A stretch of 64,000 nt of DNA from Parcubacteria group bacterium (GCA_016186395.1 JACPLU010000002.1:11470-75469), one strand, 5' to 3'. Shown: positions 45,691 to 56,210, counted from the stretch's first letter. Translations and numbers: made by a program. Notes: a model not told the origin generated them from the sequence alone.

Positions 45691-46659
45691 CTATGTAGAA
45701 CGTTTGTTTAGCATAACCAATAATAATGCCTCGGTCAAATTAACTCCTCCTTTAATTTGTTGCTCTAATTTCGGCAACGAATTCAAAAAGTAACTAGCTT
45801 TATCAACTATTTCTCTATCGGAATAGTTACCTAACTTTCTTACCACAAAAGGATGAAGACCGGTTTTTTTAACTATTTCATTGGGTCTAACCTTATTCCT
45901 CAAACACTCCTGAACCATTAATAGTGCTTTTAACTGATAAGACAAAAGTCCAAGGAAACGTACAGGATCACCGTTTTCTTTAATATATTGATCCAATTTA
46001 AGTAATCCGCCGGCTAGTCGTCCAAACACAAAATCTTCAACCATAGCAAAATCATTAGAAGGATTCGCTTTCTCAATCAAGGTTTCCAGACCTGCCAAGT
46101 CAAGTTTATGCCGTAAACCCAATTGATAAAATTTTAATTTTAATATTTCGTTTGTTAATCTTTCCAAATCCGGACCGATCTGAAATAAATAATCTGCTAA
46201 ACGAGAATCAAAATTAATACCCGCTTCTGTTAATTGACTTTTAATCCATTTTTTTAAAGCCTGGTTGGTTAAAATATTGAACTCTTTGGTAGATTTAGAG
46301 TTAGATTCTAAATATTGGAAAAGGTTTTTGTTAACTTTCTTCAGCTCTTCGCCAGAAACATACTCATTTATGACAACAACTCTAGATGAATCACTCAAAA
46401 TGTCACCATTCTTAAAAAGAGATAAAAAGCTTTCTGCTAAAATCTTCTTGGAAAAACTGCCGTTAAGAATAACTAATTTATGATCGTCAAAAAGCGAAAT
46501 TGAATTAATTAAATTTACAAAATCATCAAATTCTCTATCTTCAGCGTCAAATCTAGTAACATCTAAACGATTCGGGTATTTGTTAGAATAAATATCCAAA
46601 AGATTAGAAGTATATTTTCTTACCCTATATCTATCCTGACCGTAAATAAAGATAATCAA
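45691..46659 (-). CDS. holA: DNA polymerase III delta subunit
   Basis: IIFIYGQD.YR; SLF...KLVI; G.DL.RL.NEI.KL; GLHPFVVRK. Confidence 0.88.
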   Translation of the reverse strand: MIIFIYGQDRYRVRKYTSNLLDIYSNKYPNRLDVTRFDAEDREFDDFVNLINSISLFDDHKLVILNGSFSKKILAESFLSLFKNGDILSDSSRVVVINEYVSGEELKKVNKNLFQYLESNSKSTKEFNILTNQALKKWIKSQLTEAGINFDSRLADYLFQIGPDLERLTNEILKLKFYQLGLRHKLDLAGLETLIEKANPSNDFAMVEDFVFGRLAGGLLKLDQYIKENGDPVRFLGLLSYQLKALLMVQECLRNKVRPNEIVKKTGLHPFVVRKLGNYSDREIVDKASYFLNSLPKLEQQIKGGVNLTEALLLVMLNKRST

Positions 46660-46677
46660 GGTTATAACTAAGACTCC

Positions 46678-46746
46678 TCCCGTTATAGGTCTGATTCACA
46701 GACTTGAATCAGCTAGAAATCAACAGATTTTTTACCTCTAACGGGA
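46678..46746. repeat. ccgttagag...ctctaacgg family element
   Basis: Reverse-orientation match to 16688-16752. Confidence 0.7.
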
Positions 46747-46759
46747 CGAATCTTAAAAA

Positions 46760-47803
46760 TTAAAATATAATTTCAATCCATATTTTACCGGGGTTAAATT
46801 CGAATGGAATGTTATCCAGCGTTAAAAGTTCTAATGGACTTTTAATATCTCCGGCTTTTTTAACCCATTTTCCAGGAAAACTTTGACCATTCTTATAAAA
46901 AGTAGCAACCCCCTCCCCTGTAATATTAACATCAATATAGTCTATATTTATTGGTGACCAGGTCGTTTTCATTACAACAATATTATCAAATTCAACTTGT
47001 TTATTATTGTTTTTATCAATCTCGGGGGTACTGCCCCGAAATCTTCTATAAACTCTTGTTGCTGAATCATAGGACCAAAAAACTTTAAATGGCCCAGCAT
47101 AATCTATGTTAATATTGGAACTAAAATCATTTGACACAGTTGGAGAAATAAATGGCTCAACCTTTTCACGAAAAAAGCTACTGGCCGTATCGTCTAACGA
47201 AATTTGGTTATCATACTTCAACCCATCAATTGCTTGAGCTAATAATTTAGGATTCGTAAAGCCATTGTGAGGTTTTGGGATATCTGATTTTCTGAAAAAA
47301 TAACTTTCTTCATATTTCAAAGCATCAATGTTGTCTAAAACTCCTTTATTTAACTGCTCTAACGCACCACCTTCTCCCCCCCAATGAACATAAATTGAAT
47401 CTATCGCGCCGACCAAGTCAATAAATGCCTTTCTAGCTGAACGAACTGAACCGATTTCATCTGGAATAACACACCTAAAAACGGCCATTATTCTAGTGAC
47501 TCCATCCTGATTTACTGGCATTTCAAAGACTAAATCCGCTTGACTTAATCCTGACAAAGGCCTGGCGACCGGATCCGATGCCAACATGACAGCAACAGGT
47601 CTTTGAGAAGCACTGCATGAATACTGGGTAACCAAATTTTTCTTAACTCCATAAATCTCAAAGACGCGTGAATTGAATTTAAAAGTCAATAAAATTATAA
47701 TCAAAATTAAAGTACCAAAAAAATATTGTTTACCCCATTTCTTTCTCCAAACATCCTGTAAAAAGATATAAAATTTGTTTAATATTTTAAATGTAGTTTT
47801 CAT
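46760..47803 (-). CDS. DUF3048 domain protein
   Basis: RPVAVM...ARPLSGLSQADLVFE...GVTR.MA.F...IGSVRSAR; PHN; PGKIWIEI. Confidence 0.85.
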   Translation of the reverse strand: MKTTFKILNKFYIFLQDVWRKKWGKQYFFGTLILIIILLTFKFNSRVFEIYGVKKNLVTQYSCSASQRPVAVMLASDPVARPLSGLSQADLVFEMPVNQDGVTRIMAVFRCVIPDEIGSVRSARKAFIDLVGAIDSIYVHWGGEGGALEQLNKGVLDNIDALKYEESYFFRKSDIPKPHNGFTNPKLLAQAIDGLKYDNQISLDDTASSFFREKVEPFISPTVSNDFSSNINIDYAGPFKVFWSYDSATRVYRRFRGSTPEIDKNNNKQVEFDNIVVMKTTWSPINIDYIDVNITGEGVATFYKNGQSFPGKWVKKAGDIKSPLELLTLDNIPFEFNPGKIWIEIIF

Positions 47804-47807
47804 AGAA

Positions 47808-48008
47808 ATCCACGGGCTTACCTTGCTTCGCCGAGGCTACGCAAGGTGAGCGCCCGTGGTACTCGGACGAGTACAATTTCAGCAAAAATACATTGATGAT
47901 TTTTGCTGAAATTGGATTTATATATTTACCCTTCGTTCGTCGAGTCAAACTCGACTCACTTCAAGGCTTGCATTCATCCGCGGCCTTACGGCCGCGGATG
48001 AATGCAAG
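47808..48008. repeat. Composite array of REP-like palindromes (IS200/IS605-end-like)
   Basis: ccacgggct...gcgcccgtgg enclosing ccttgcttcgccgaggctacgcaagg; cttgcattcatccgcggcc-ttac-ggccgcggatgaatgcaag. Confidence 0.7.
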
Positions 48009-48011
48009 TAA

Positions 48012-48893
48012 TTATAAAAGTTTTTGATGAACTGAACAAAAATGAGCCGAACGTTGATTAAGTTTTAACCTTTGAATAATGCCACCGTCTTTTTTTAAAC
48101 ACTTTTTGCCAGTTTGCTGATAAGCTTTTTGTATTGTTTGATACCTACCCTTAAGCCCGGATGGTAATCTATAATCATCCATACTGTCACCCTGATATTT
48201 TATCGCTTTTAACAAAACTTTTTTAGTCGAACTATAAATCTTTTTTAGGTCTAAATTTTTAAGCCCCTCGACTCGTGAAAAAGGATGATAGCCGGCATCC
48301 CATAAAATCTCATCGCCATAAATATTACCTATACCGGCAATGAATTTGGGGTCCATTAAAACCTGCTTAAGTCTGCCTTTCTTAAAAGTAAATAGCTGTC
48401 TGAACTGATTAAACGTCAAATCCAGTGGCTCTGGTCCCAATTTACTCATTTCTTTCAAATCTTTAACCTTATTATCGTCAACAAGAATCAGCTTAGCAAA
48501 ACGCCTTAGATCAGAAAGTCCCAATTGAAAATTGTTATTTAAAAACATGACCAAACGAATATATCCATTTCTGGAATCATCTCTCAAAGGACCTGACTCC
48601 GCCTCCCACTTCTTTTTAATTAATTCCCAACGGCCATACAATAAGTGACCAGAAATTTTCTGGTGAATAAAAATTGTTTTTGGGCCTTCTAAGTCTAAAA
48701 CTATGTATTTGGCCCTCCGTCTTATACCTACAATTTTTTTACCAATCACATATTTCTTTATTTGAGACCAGCCTGCCCCATGACCAGTTTTAACTGGCCG
48801 TTCGGGATCAACCCAAATGTCGGTTATTCTTAAACCTATAATTTTTTTACGGAGTTCTCGAACAATTGTCTCTACTTCAGGTAACTCTGGCAT
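48012..48893 (-). CDS. mutM: Formamidopyrimidine-DNA glycosylase
   Basis: MPELPEVET; RRAKY; D.RRF; LGPEPL; AGIGNIYGDE. Confidence 0.93.
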   Translation of the reverse strand: MPELPEVETIVRELRKKIIGLRITDIWVDPERPVKTGHGAGWSQIKKYVIGKKIVGIRRRAKYIVLDLEGPKTIFIHQKISGHLLYGRWELIKKKWEAESGPLRDDSRNGYIRLVMFLNNNFQLGLSDLRRFAKLILVDDNKVKDLKEMSKLGPEPLDLTFNQFRQLFTFKKGRLKQVLMDPKFIAGIGNIYGDEILWDAGYHPFSRVEGLKNLDLKKIYSSTKKVLLKAIKYQGDSMDDYRLPSGLKGRYQTIQKAYQQTGKKCLKKDGGIIQRLKLNQRSAHFCSVHQKLL

Positions 48894-51574
48894 TATAAGA
48901 TTTCCATCTGACCCCAATTTTTGCCTACTTTAGCATCAACCACTAAGGGTACTTTTAATTTATAGACTCCTTCCATTATCTTTTTTAGCTCTAGAGCCAA
49001 TTTAGAAGTTAACTCTTCCTTAATTTCAAACAATATTTCATCATGAACCTGCAAAAGCATACGAGCCTGATTTAAATCCAAGTTCTTATAAACATATTTA
49101 CGGACTTCTATCATGGCGAGCTTCATAATATCAGCAGCTGTTCCTTGAATCGGCATATTAACAGCCATACGCTCAGCCTGTCGAGCCACCTCTATCATAG
49201 AAGAGTAAAGTTCTAACAACTGGCGACGCCTGCCTAAAAGGGTTTTAACATACCCATTCTCATGAGCCTCCTGTTTAGTCGAACTAATAAAATCAGCCAC
49301 TCCCTTAAATTCGCTAAAATAATTCTGCATGAATTCTTTTGCTTTTTCCTGACTTAAACCGGTATTTTGAACAAACGCCCTTATACCCATACCGTATATT
49401 ATTCCAAAATTTAATATTTTTGCTTCTCGACGCATATTAGCGCTAACTTGTTCAGGCTTAACATTAAAAACTTCTGAAGCGGTTCGAATGTGTATATCCT
49501 CCCCTCTCTTAAAAGCAGTTATCATTTTTTCATCGTCAGATAGATGAGCAACAACTCTAAGCTCAATCTGAGAGTAGTCTAAAGAAAGAAAGTTGTATCC
49601 TTTTTCAGCTACAAAAGCTCGACGGAATTCTTGACCTAACTTTGTTCGAACGGGAATATTTTGTAAATTTGGATCTTGGGATGAAAGACGACCAGTTACT
49701 GTACCAGTCTGAATATAAGTCGTATGAATACGATTATCCGCCGGATTAATAAGATTGGGGAAAGGATCAATATAGGTAGTCTTAAGCTTCTGAAGCTCTC
49801 TATAATCCAAAACTAACGGGATTAAGGGATGAGTATCGCGTAACTTCTCTAATTCTGGTGCAGCGGTAGAAAGAGCGCCCCCAGGAGTTTTTCTAATTCT
49901 ACCTTTTAACTTGAGCCGCTCAAATAAAATTTCACTTAGTTGTTGGGGGGAATTAATATTAAATTCCACTCCTGCATACTCATAAATTTGTTTTTCTAAT
50001 TTTTCTAAAGAACTATTAGCTTCTCCTTTTAATTTACCCAGAGCAGATTGATCAATTCTTATTCCCCTTTGTTCCATCTCAATCAATATAGGAATTAATG
50101 GCATTTCTATGTTTTCCAAAATCTTTATAAGACCGAGATTCTCTAACTTTTCTCTTTGAGACTTGTACAACCTAAGAATCGCGATTGGATAAAATCTTTC
50201 ATCAGTCGGCAGACTTGATCCGAATTCATTAAAGTAAAGATTCTCTAACTTAGGTTCTCTAAGGTCAGAATTCAGAAGCCAACCAGCCAAGGCAGTATCA
50301 AATAAACCCTTACCTTGGAAGATTTTATCATCTAAATCTGACAACGAGGTAAACCCCGCTCTTAAGCTTAAGGGCGGGGTAAATTTATATAAAAAATCTT
50401 TTAAATTGTGACTTATTTTAAGAGCCCCTCCTCCAAAAAGATCTGTTTTGGTCTTTTGACTAACCATCAAAGCCATTGGCACAACATACAAATGGCTATC
50501 ATTGAAAGCCAAAAATATTTGACCCCTATCCGAGCTCATCCAAAAAGACACTTCTTTCTCTTTACTCAAAATCTTTAAAAACTCCGAAAATCTGTCTTGA
50601 TTTTCAATCTCTTCAGTTACTGTACCGGCAAATTCAGAATCTTGAAAAAATAATTCCTGATTTGTTTTTTGATCAAAATTAAATTCAGACAGTCTTTTTA
50701 AAAGGCTATTAAACGAATGGTTTTTTAAAAAATCACTTACTTTTTTAATATCAAAATGTGTTTTCCAGTCAGCGTCTTCCAACGATAACTCAATAGTGAG
50801 GTCCTTAATAATCACGGCTAATTGCTTTGAAAAAAACGCTTGGTCCTCAAATTCTAAAAGCTTTTTCTTCAAATTTTCACTTAATACTTTAACTTCTTTT
50901 TTAACTTTAGGTTTTTTCAAAAAAGAATAAAGCTCTTCCAAAGTTCCAAACTCTTTTAATAACTCTATGGCAGTCTTCTCCCCTATTCCGGGTACGCCTG
51001 GAATATTGTCAGAAGGGTCACCCTTAAGGCCCCGATAGTCGGCTAGTTGATTGGGGCTTAATCCAAAACGTTCTTTGACACTATTTTCGTTATAAATAAC
51101 AGTGTCGCTTAAACCCTTTTTAAGGGTATAAACAACAGCCTTATTATTATCAACCAGTTGAAGCGTGTCTAAATCCCCAGATAATATAATTACTTGAATA
51201 TCTTTTTCCCTCTTAAATCTTTGTGTTAAAGAACCGATTAAATCGTCTGCTTCATAACCAGGTTGTTCCAAAAAGGGTATACCAAACACCCTTAACATTT
51301 CCTTTGTTAAGGGTATTTGATCATAAAGTTCTTGAGGAGCTTTAGCACGATGAATTTTATAATCTTCAAACGCTTCATGTCTAAATGTTGGGCCCGGTAA
51401 GTCAAAAGTAGCAATCACATAATCAGGAGCTATTTCCTTAAGCATTTTGATCAAAAGCAATCCAAAACCATAAAGAGCGTTAACCATCTTTCCGCTTGGA
51501 TCATTCATAGGCGGTAAAGCATGAAATGCCCGATGGACTAGAGCATTTGAATCTATAAGAACAAGTTTTTTTAT
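48893..51574 (-). CDS. polA: DNA polymerase I (conserved N-terminus begins at an ATA codon)
   Basis: IKKLVLIDSNALVHRAFHALPP upstream of the track start; EADD; GDPSDNIPGV; TGRLSS.DPNLQN; DYSQIELR; QVHDE. Confidence 0.95.
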   Translation of the reverse strand: MKKLVLIDSNALVHRAFHALPPMNDPSGKMVNALYGFGLLLIKMLKEIAPDYVIATFDLPGPTFRHEAFEDYKIHRAKAPQELYDQIPLTKEMLRVFGIPFLEQPGYEADDLIGSLTQRFKREKDIQVIILSGDLDTLQLVDNNKAVVYTLKKGLSDTVIYNENSVKERFGLSPNQLADYRGLKGDPSDNIPGVPGIGEKTAIELLKEFGTLEELYSFLKKPKVKKEVKVLSENLKKKLLEFEDQAFFSKQLAVIIKDLTIELSLEDADWKTHFDIKKVSDFLKNHSFNSLLKRLSEFNFDQKTNQELFFQDSEFAGTVTEEIENQDRFSEFLKILSKEKEVSFWMSSDRGQIFLAFNDSHLYVVPMALMVSQKTKTDLFGGGALKISHNLKDFLYKFTPPLSLRAGFTSLSDLDDKIFQGKGLFDTALAGWLLNSDLREPKLENLYFNEFGSSLPTDERFYPIAILRLYKSQREKLENLGLIKILENIEMPLIPILIEMEQRGIRIDQSALGKLKGEANSSLEKLEKQIYEYAGVEFNINSPQQLSEILFERLKLKGRIRKTPGGALSTAAPELEKLRDTHPLIPLVLDYRELQKLKTTYIDPFPNLINPADNRIHTTYIQTGTVTGRLSSQDPNLQNIPVRTKLGQEFRRAFVAEKGYNFLSLDYSQIELRVVAHLSDDEKMITAFKRGEDIHIRTASEVFNVKPEQVSANMRREAKILNFGIIYGMGIRAFVQNTGLSQEKAKEFMQNYFSEFKGVADFISSTKQEAHENGYVKTLLGRRRQLLELYSSMIEVARQAERMAVNMPIQGTAADIMKLAMIEVRKYVYKNLDLNQARMLLQVHDEILFEIKEELTSKLALELKKIMEGVYKLKVPLVVDAKVGKNWGQMEIL

Positions 51575-51587
51575 TAAAATTTAAACT

Positions 51588-52088
51588 TTAGAACTTAAAG
51601 TTTAGAATTTTGCGTTCTAAATCATAAGCCCCAAACTCTACAACGAACTTTCTTGCATTTTTATTAACATGATCAATATGAATATTAATTCTTTTTTTAG
51701 GTAAAATCCTTTTTACCCTTTCTGACCACTCAATTAGTATTAAATTAAGAGGATTTTCTAAAATCTTACCAAACTTAAGAGGTTTTAGATCTTTTTCATT
51801 GCTTAACCTATAAACATCAAGGTGATAAAAGGTTTTAAAAAAACTATTTGATACTCGATATGGATGCATAAGAATAAAAGTCGGACTTTTAATTATTTCC
51901 TTTAAACCTATTCCTCTTGCAAAACCCTTTGCAAAAACAGTCTTACCAGCACCAAGCTCACCCTCAATAGCTACAACTAAAGCAGTCTTTAAAGGATATT
52001 TATGAGATAGAATAAACTTCCCTATTCTTTGGCCTAACTTCTGGGTAATATGCGGACTTTTTGAAATAATTGTTTTAAGCTTTACCAT
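51588..52088 (-). CDS. tsaE: tRNA threonylcarbamoyladenosine biosynthesis ATPase
   Basis: GELGAGKT; KSPTF; YHLDVYRL; LIEW. Confidence 0.93.
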   Translation of the reverse strand: MVKLKTIISKSPHITQKLGQRIGKFILSHKYPLKTALVVAIEGELGAGKTVFAKGFARGIGLKEIIKSPTFILMHPYRVSNSFFKTFYHLDVYRLSNEKDLKPLKFGKILENPLNLILIEWSERVKRILPKKRINIHIDHVNKNARKFVVEFGAYDLERKILNFKF

Positions 52089-52115
52089 AATTTTACAATA
52101 ACGATCGGCTAAACC

Positions 52116-52490
52116 CTAATCAAAATTTATCTTTTTAAAATATTTGATTAGGGCTGTCTTTCCCTCTAAATCAAAAGACAAAGCTAAAATATCAATTTGC
52201 CATTCTTGACCAACTAATTTCTTCTCGAAAAGAAAACTTTCGGCAGTTCGTACAATATGTCTAAGTTTTTCTTTATCAACTCGTAACTCCGGATTAAAAC
52301 CAGGAGAAAAATTCTTAGAATTAGCCTTTACCTCAACAAAATGTATTGTTCCCTCTTTTTTTACTACAATATCCACCTCCCCCCAAGGTTTTTTATAATT
52401 TGTCGTTAAAACCTCAAAACCTCGCTCTATTAGATACTTTTGGGCTAGTTGCTCCGCAAAAATCCCTATTTTTTCTCTTTGAGTTTGCAT
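52116..52490 (-). CDS. yraN: YraN family nuclease-like protein
   Basis: G...EQLA..YL...G...NY...GEVDIV...FVEVK. Confidence 0.9.
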   Translation of the reverse strand: MQTQREKIGIFAEQLAQKYLIERGFEVLTTNYKKPWGEVDIVVKKEGTIHFVEVKANSKNFSPGFNPELRVDKEKLRHIVRTAESFLFEKKLVGQEWQIDILALSFDLEGKTALIKYFKKINFD

Positions 52491-52601
52491 TCTAAAAATC
52501 TAACAGAAAACTACTCAAAACGCCATAAATACACCCACATAATATTGTACGACCCAATGATAAATACCAAAACCACAACTTAAAATTGTTTTAGTGTAAA
52601 G

Positions 52602-53804
52602 TTGACTAAGTTTAACCGGGTGATAGACTTAAAAAACTCTGTTTCTCCTTATCTGGAGAAATTTTATTGCTCAATTAAGACCTACCTCAAAACTAAATTT
52701 TCCAGGCTCAGGGTCGTTATCTCTAGATTCCAGCTCGGGAAATATATAGAAACCAACCGATTAAAATACGCAAACAAAAGCGTGGCTATTTTCATCTCTC
52801 TCATAACATTTATCACGATCTTAAGTATCAAAAACAGTGCCGGAGAAGGCCAAAAATCCATTTTCTCTCAGCTTTTCGAACATTATATTGAAGAAACTGC
52901 TTTAGCGGCAACTCTTCCAGAAACCAAAAATCAGTTAGCTGATATTAATAGCCTTAGCGGTTTTCAATCTAACTTAAATAGTGAGTCAGAAAAAGAATTT
53001 CAAGCTAATACTCTACAAGAAAACTCTGTCCTTTCATTATCTGCAGTATTAGAGAATCCAAACTTTGGTGGCCAAAGAAATGTCGTTATTCATTACACAG
53101 TTCAACCGGGAGATGTACTTTCCTTTATTGCCAGTGACTTTGGGATTAGTGCTGATTCAATTATATGGGCCAACCAACTAAAAGACTCGGACAGTTTAAA
53201 ACCAGGACAAGATCTTAAAATTCCACCCATAAGTGGTCTACTGCACGAAATCAAAAAAAACGATACTTTAGACTCCATATCAAAGAAATACGGCGGTGAC
53301 ATCAACAAGATAATTGCTTTCAATGGACTACCACAAGACGGCTCGCTCCAGATAGGTCAAGAACTGATCATTCCAGACGTAAAAATACCGACAAACGTTC
53401 AAACTTCTACTCTTGCCTCAAATATTCCTAGGTTTTCTAGATTACCAGATCTCGGCAGTTTTTTTCTTATTCCGACCACAGGACGAAATTGGGGTCTCAT
53501 ACACGGAAGGAATGGAGTCGATATTGCAAATCGTTGCGGAGAACCGATTTATGCGGCTGCCTCGGGCAACATAGTAGGCACAAAATCAAGCGGTTGGAAT
53601 GGTGGAGCTGGGAAATATATCAAAATAAACCACTCGAACAATACAGAGACCTTTTACGCTCATCTTAGTAAGATTTTAGTAGAAATTGGTGAAAACGTCA
53701 GCAGGGGACAACTAATAGGATTAATGGGGGCTACTGGAAAATCTACCGGCTGCCATCTCCATTTTGAGGTTCATGGAGCTAAAAATCCGTTAGCTCGTAT
53801 TTAA
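52602..53804 (+). CDS. LysM x2 plus M23 peptidase
   Basis: YTVQPGD.LS.IA; GVDIA; YAHLS; TGCHLHFEV. Confidence 0.9.
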   Translation: MTKFNRVIDLKNSVSPYLEKFYCSIKTYLKTKFSRLRVVISRFQLGKYIETNRLKYANKSVAIFISLITFITILSIKNSAGEGQKSIFSQLFEHYIEETALAATLPETKNQLADINSLSGFQSNLNSESEKEFQANTLQENSVLSLSAVLENPNFGGQRNVVIHYTVQPGDVLSFIASDFGISADSIIWANQLKDSDSLKPGQDLKIPPISGLLHEIKKNDTLDSISKKYGGDINKIIAFNGLPQDGSLQIGQELIIPDVKIPTNVQTSTLASNIPRFSRLPDLGSFFLIPTTGRNWGLIHGRNGVDIANRCGEPIYAAASGNIVGTKSSGWNGGAGKYIKINHSNNTETFYAHLSKILVEIGENVSRGQLIGLMGATGKSTGCHLHFEVHGAKNPLARI

Positions 53805-53888
53805 CTAAAAGTCTCTAACTGTGAACAGAAATGCTCTTATTTTTAGGCATTTTTAAATACTTATACTTAGAATTACAATTCAAACCCA

Positions 53889-55451
53889 TTAAACAGAGTT
53901 TATATCTTCATCAATTTTGAAATTTGTTGCTTCCGCAAGATGTTCTTTCAAAATTTTTGGGCTTTGTGCTAAATCGGCAACAGTTCTTGCTAACTTCAAA
54001 ATTCTATAATAACTTCTCATTGATAATTTCTTAATAGTAACGAAGTTTTCAAGAAATCCTTGAGTTTCAGAGTCAAGACCACAAAAAGTTTTTATTAGCT
54101 TGTTGGACATTTCTGAATTTGTAAAAATACCGGCATTAATAAATCTATCCCGCTGTGTCTTTCTTGCTAACTCTATTTTGTCCTTTATTTTACTTGACTC
54201 AAGGCCATCTTGAGATTGCTTAATCTTATTCAAACTTTCACGTGAAACCTTTATTTGTAAGTCTATACGGTCAAGAAACGGACCTGATAGTCTTTTCTGA
54301 TACTTGAGTACCGCTGAAGGTGAACAAATACAAGCTTTTTCACTATCTCCAAAATTTCCGCATGGACAAGGATTCATTGCCGCTACCAACTGAAAACGAG
54401 CAGGATAAGTAATTGAACCTGATGCCCGAGAAACAGTTATCTTTCCGTCTTCAAGAGGTTGTCTTAGACTTTCTATAACATATCTCCCAAATTCAGGAAA
54501 TTCATCAAGAAAAAGTACGCCTCTATGAGCAAGGCTTATTTCACCAGGTCTTGGATAAGTTCCGCCACCAATCATAGCAATAGCAGAAATGGTGTGATGA
54601 GGATTCCGAAATGGACGCTTTTTAACAATATATTGCTTAGAATCTAGTAAACCTGCTACGGAATAGATCTTAGTCACGTCTAATGCTTCCTCCAGCGGTA
54701 TTTCGGGCAAAATTGAAGCCAAAGCTCTTGCTAGCATAGTTTTTCCACTCCCGGGCTGTCCCATCATCAAAATGTTATGCCCCCCAGCAGCTGCAATTTC
54801 TAACCCTCTCTTAGCAAAAATCTGACCCCTTATTTGAGACATATTAACCTCTGATTCATCAGGCTGATAGCTAGTATCCACTTCCAAATCTGCAAGTGGA
54901 GCTGTTATTTTACCCTGCAAAAAAGCAATTAATTCTGACAAATTATTAAACCCAATGATTCCCAAGTTCCTGGAATTTCTAACTTTGTTTACCACCAGAG
55001 CTTCTGGCACATTTTCACGTGAAATAATTAGAGTATCAATATTACTTTCTCTTGCCATCATGGCTATGGGTAAAATCCCTTTTGTACTTCTTAAACTTCC
55101 GTCTAGAGCCAGTTCTCCTATAAAAAGCTTATCTTGAGAGGCAAATTTTACCTGTCCAGTTGCAAGTAAATAGCCCATGGCAATAGGTAAGTCATACCAT
55201 GGGCCCTCCTTTTTAACATCAGCAGGAGCTAAATTGACTATTAACTTTACGTTTTGAGATTTTGGCGATTTAAAACCAGAATTCCTAATTGCTGACTCTA
55301 TCCTGTCTCTTGATTCTTCAACAGCCTTATCCGGAAGACCTACAATATGAAAAAAGTGGAGACCTGGAGAGGTATCCACTTCAACTTCAATTGGCCTTGC
55401 CTCAAGCCCCATGACAGCCGCTGACCAAACTTTAGCTAATTTATGCGACAT
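53889..55451 (-). CDS. comM: YifB/ComM Mg-chelatase-like AAA+ ATPase
   Basis: VGLPD.AV.ES; GQPGSGKT; PGEISLAHRGVLFLDE; NPCPCG. Confidence 0.9.
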   Translation of the reverse strand: MSHKLAKVWSAAVMGLEARPIEVEVDTSPGLHFFHIVGLPDKAVEESRDRIESAIRNSGFKSPKSQNVKLIVNLAPADVKKEGPWYDLPIAMGYLLATGQVKFASQDKLFIGELALDGSLRSTKGILPIAMMARESNIDTLIISRENVPEALVVNKVRNSRNLGIIGFNNLSELIAFLQGKITAPLADLEVDTSYQPDESEVNMSQIRGQIFAKRGLEIAAAGGHNILMMGQPGSGKTMLARALASILPEIPLEEALDVTKIYSVAGLLDSKQYIVKKRPFRNPHHTISAIAMIGGGTYPRPGEISLAHRGVLFLDEFPEFGRYVIESLRQPLEDGKITVSRASGSITYPARFQLVAAMNPCPCGNFGDSEKACICSPSAVLKYQKRLSGPFLDRIDLQIKVSRESLNKIKQSQDGLESSKIKDKIELARKTQRDRFINAGIFTNSEMSNKLIKTFCGLDSETQGFLENFVTIKKLSMRSYYRILKLARTVADLAQSPKILKEHLAEATNFKIDEDINSV

Positions 55452-55454
55452 TAA

Positions 55455-55811
55455 CTAAGAAGCTACTGCTTTTGCGCAATTAATACAAGTCAATGCGGTT
55501 GGAAAGGCATTAAGTCTTGGAGGCTCAATCGGTTTTTGACAATTTTGACACAAACCATAATCCCCCTTTTGAATGCTCTCAAGAGTCTTAACAATTTGAG
55601 ATAATTCAATTTCTAAAGCTGACTCGGTTGCTTTCAGTCTTTCCCAGTCAGCAACTTCCATAGCATTTTCATCTGAAGTGCTTCCATATTCAGGAAAGGG
55701 AATATCAAATTCACCACCTTTTCGATGGCCAATTTCAGCTAAACTCTTTTCAATATGTTCTTTTCGCTCTGTTAATATTTCCCCAAGTTTTTTGAGTTCT
55801 TTTTCAATCAT
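55455..55811 (-). CDS. TraR/DksA C4 zinc-finger protein
   Basis: YGLCQNC..PI...RL.A.P....CINC. Confidence 0.88.
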   Translation of the reverse strand: MIEKELKKLGEILTERKEHIEKSLAEIGHRKGGEFDIPFPEYGSTSDENAMEVADWERLKATESALEIELSQIVKTLESIQKGDYGLCQNCQKPIEPPRLNAFPTALTCINCAKAVAS

Positions 55812-55849
55812 ATTAGAAGAATATTAGCATTCAATTTTAAAAATATCAA

Positions 55850-55949
55850 CCCCACCTAACTTTTATTTTAATAGACAGAATTACTAAATATTAATTAAGA
55901 CAATTATGTAGTTAAACTAATCAAATTTACACAAAAGTTAGGTGGGGGT
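55850..55949. repeat. ccccacctaa...ttaggtgggg family element
   Basis: Terminal IR cccacctaactttt/aaaagttaggtggg. Confidence 0.7.
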
Positions 55950-56139
55950 TAATCCCAATCTTAATTCTTAAAACTCAAAGGCCGCACGAAATGAAAAGCT
56001 ATACTCGGTTGGTGACACCTTTTCGTGCGGCCTTGAATATATGGCTGCTAACCAGAGATACCTTTTTGGTCTTTGTTATCCCCAGTTAAATCTTACTCTA
56101 TAAATATATTTCTTTGACACACTATTGTCAACCCTATTT

Positions 56140-56210
56140 TGTGGATAAAGCTGTGTATAATTTTTGACATATCTTTGACATGTCAAAATATGTCAAAGAT
56201 ATGTCAAAAA
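56140..56210. promoter_or_regulatory. Two DnaA-box matches followed by a TTTGACA/TGTCAAA palindrome
   Basis: tgtggataa 56140-56148 and tgtgtataa 56152-56160; tttttgacatatctttgaca...tgtcaaagatatgtcaaaaa. Confidence 0.45.
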
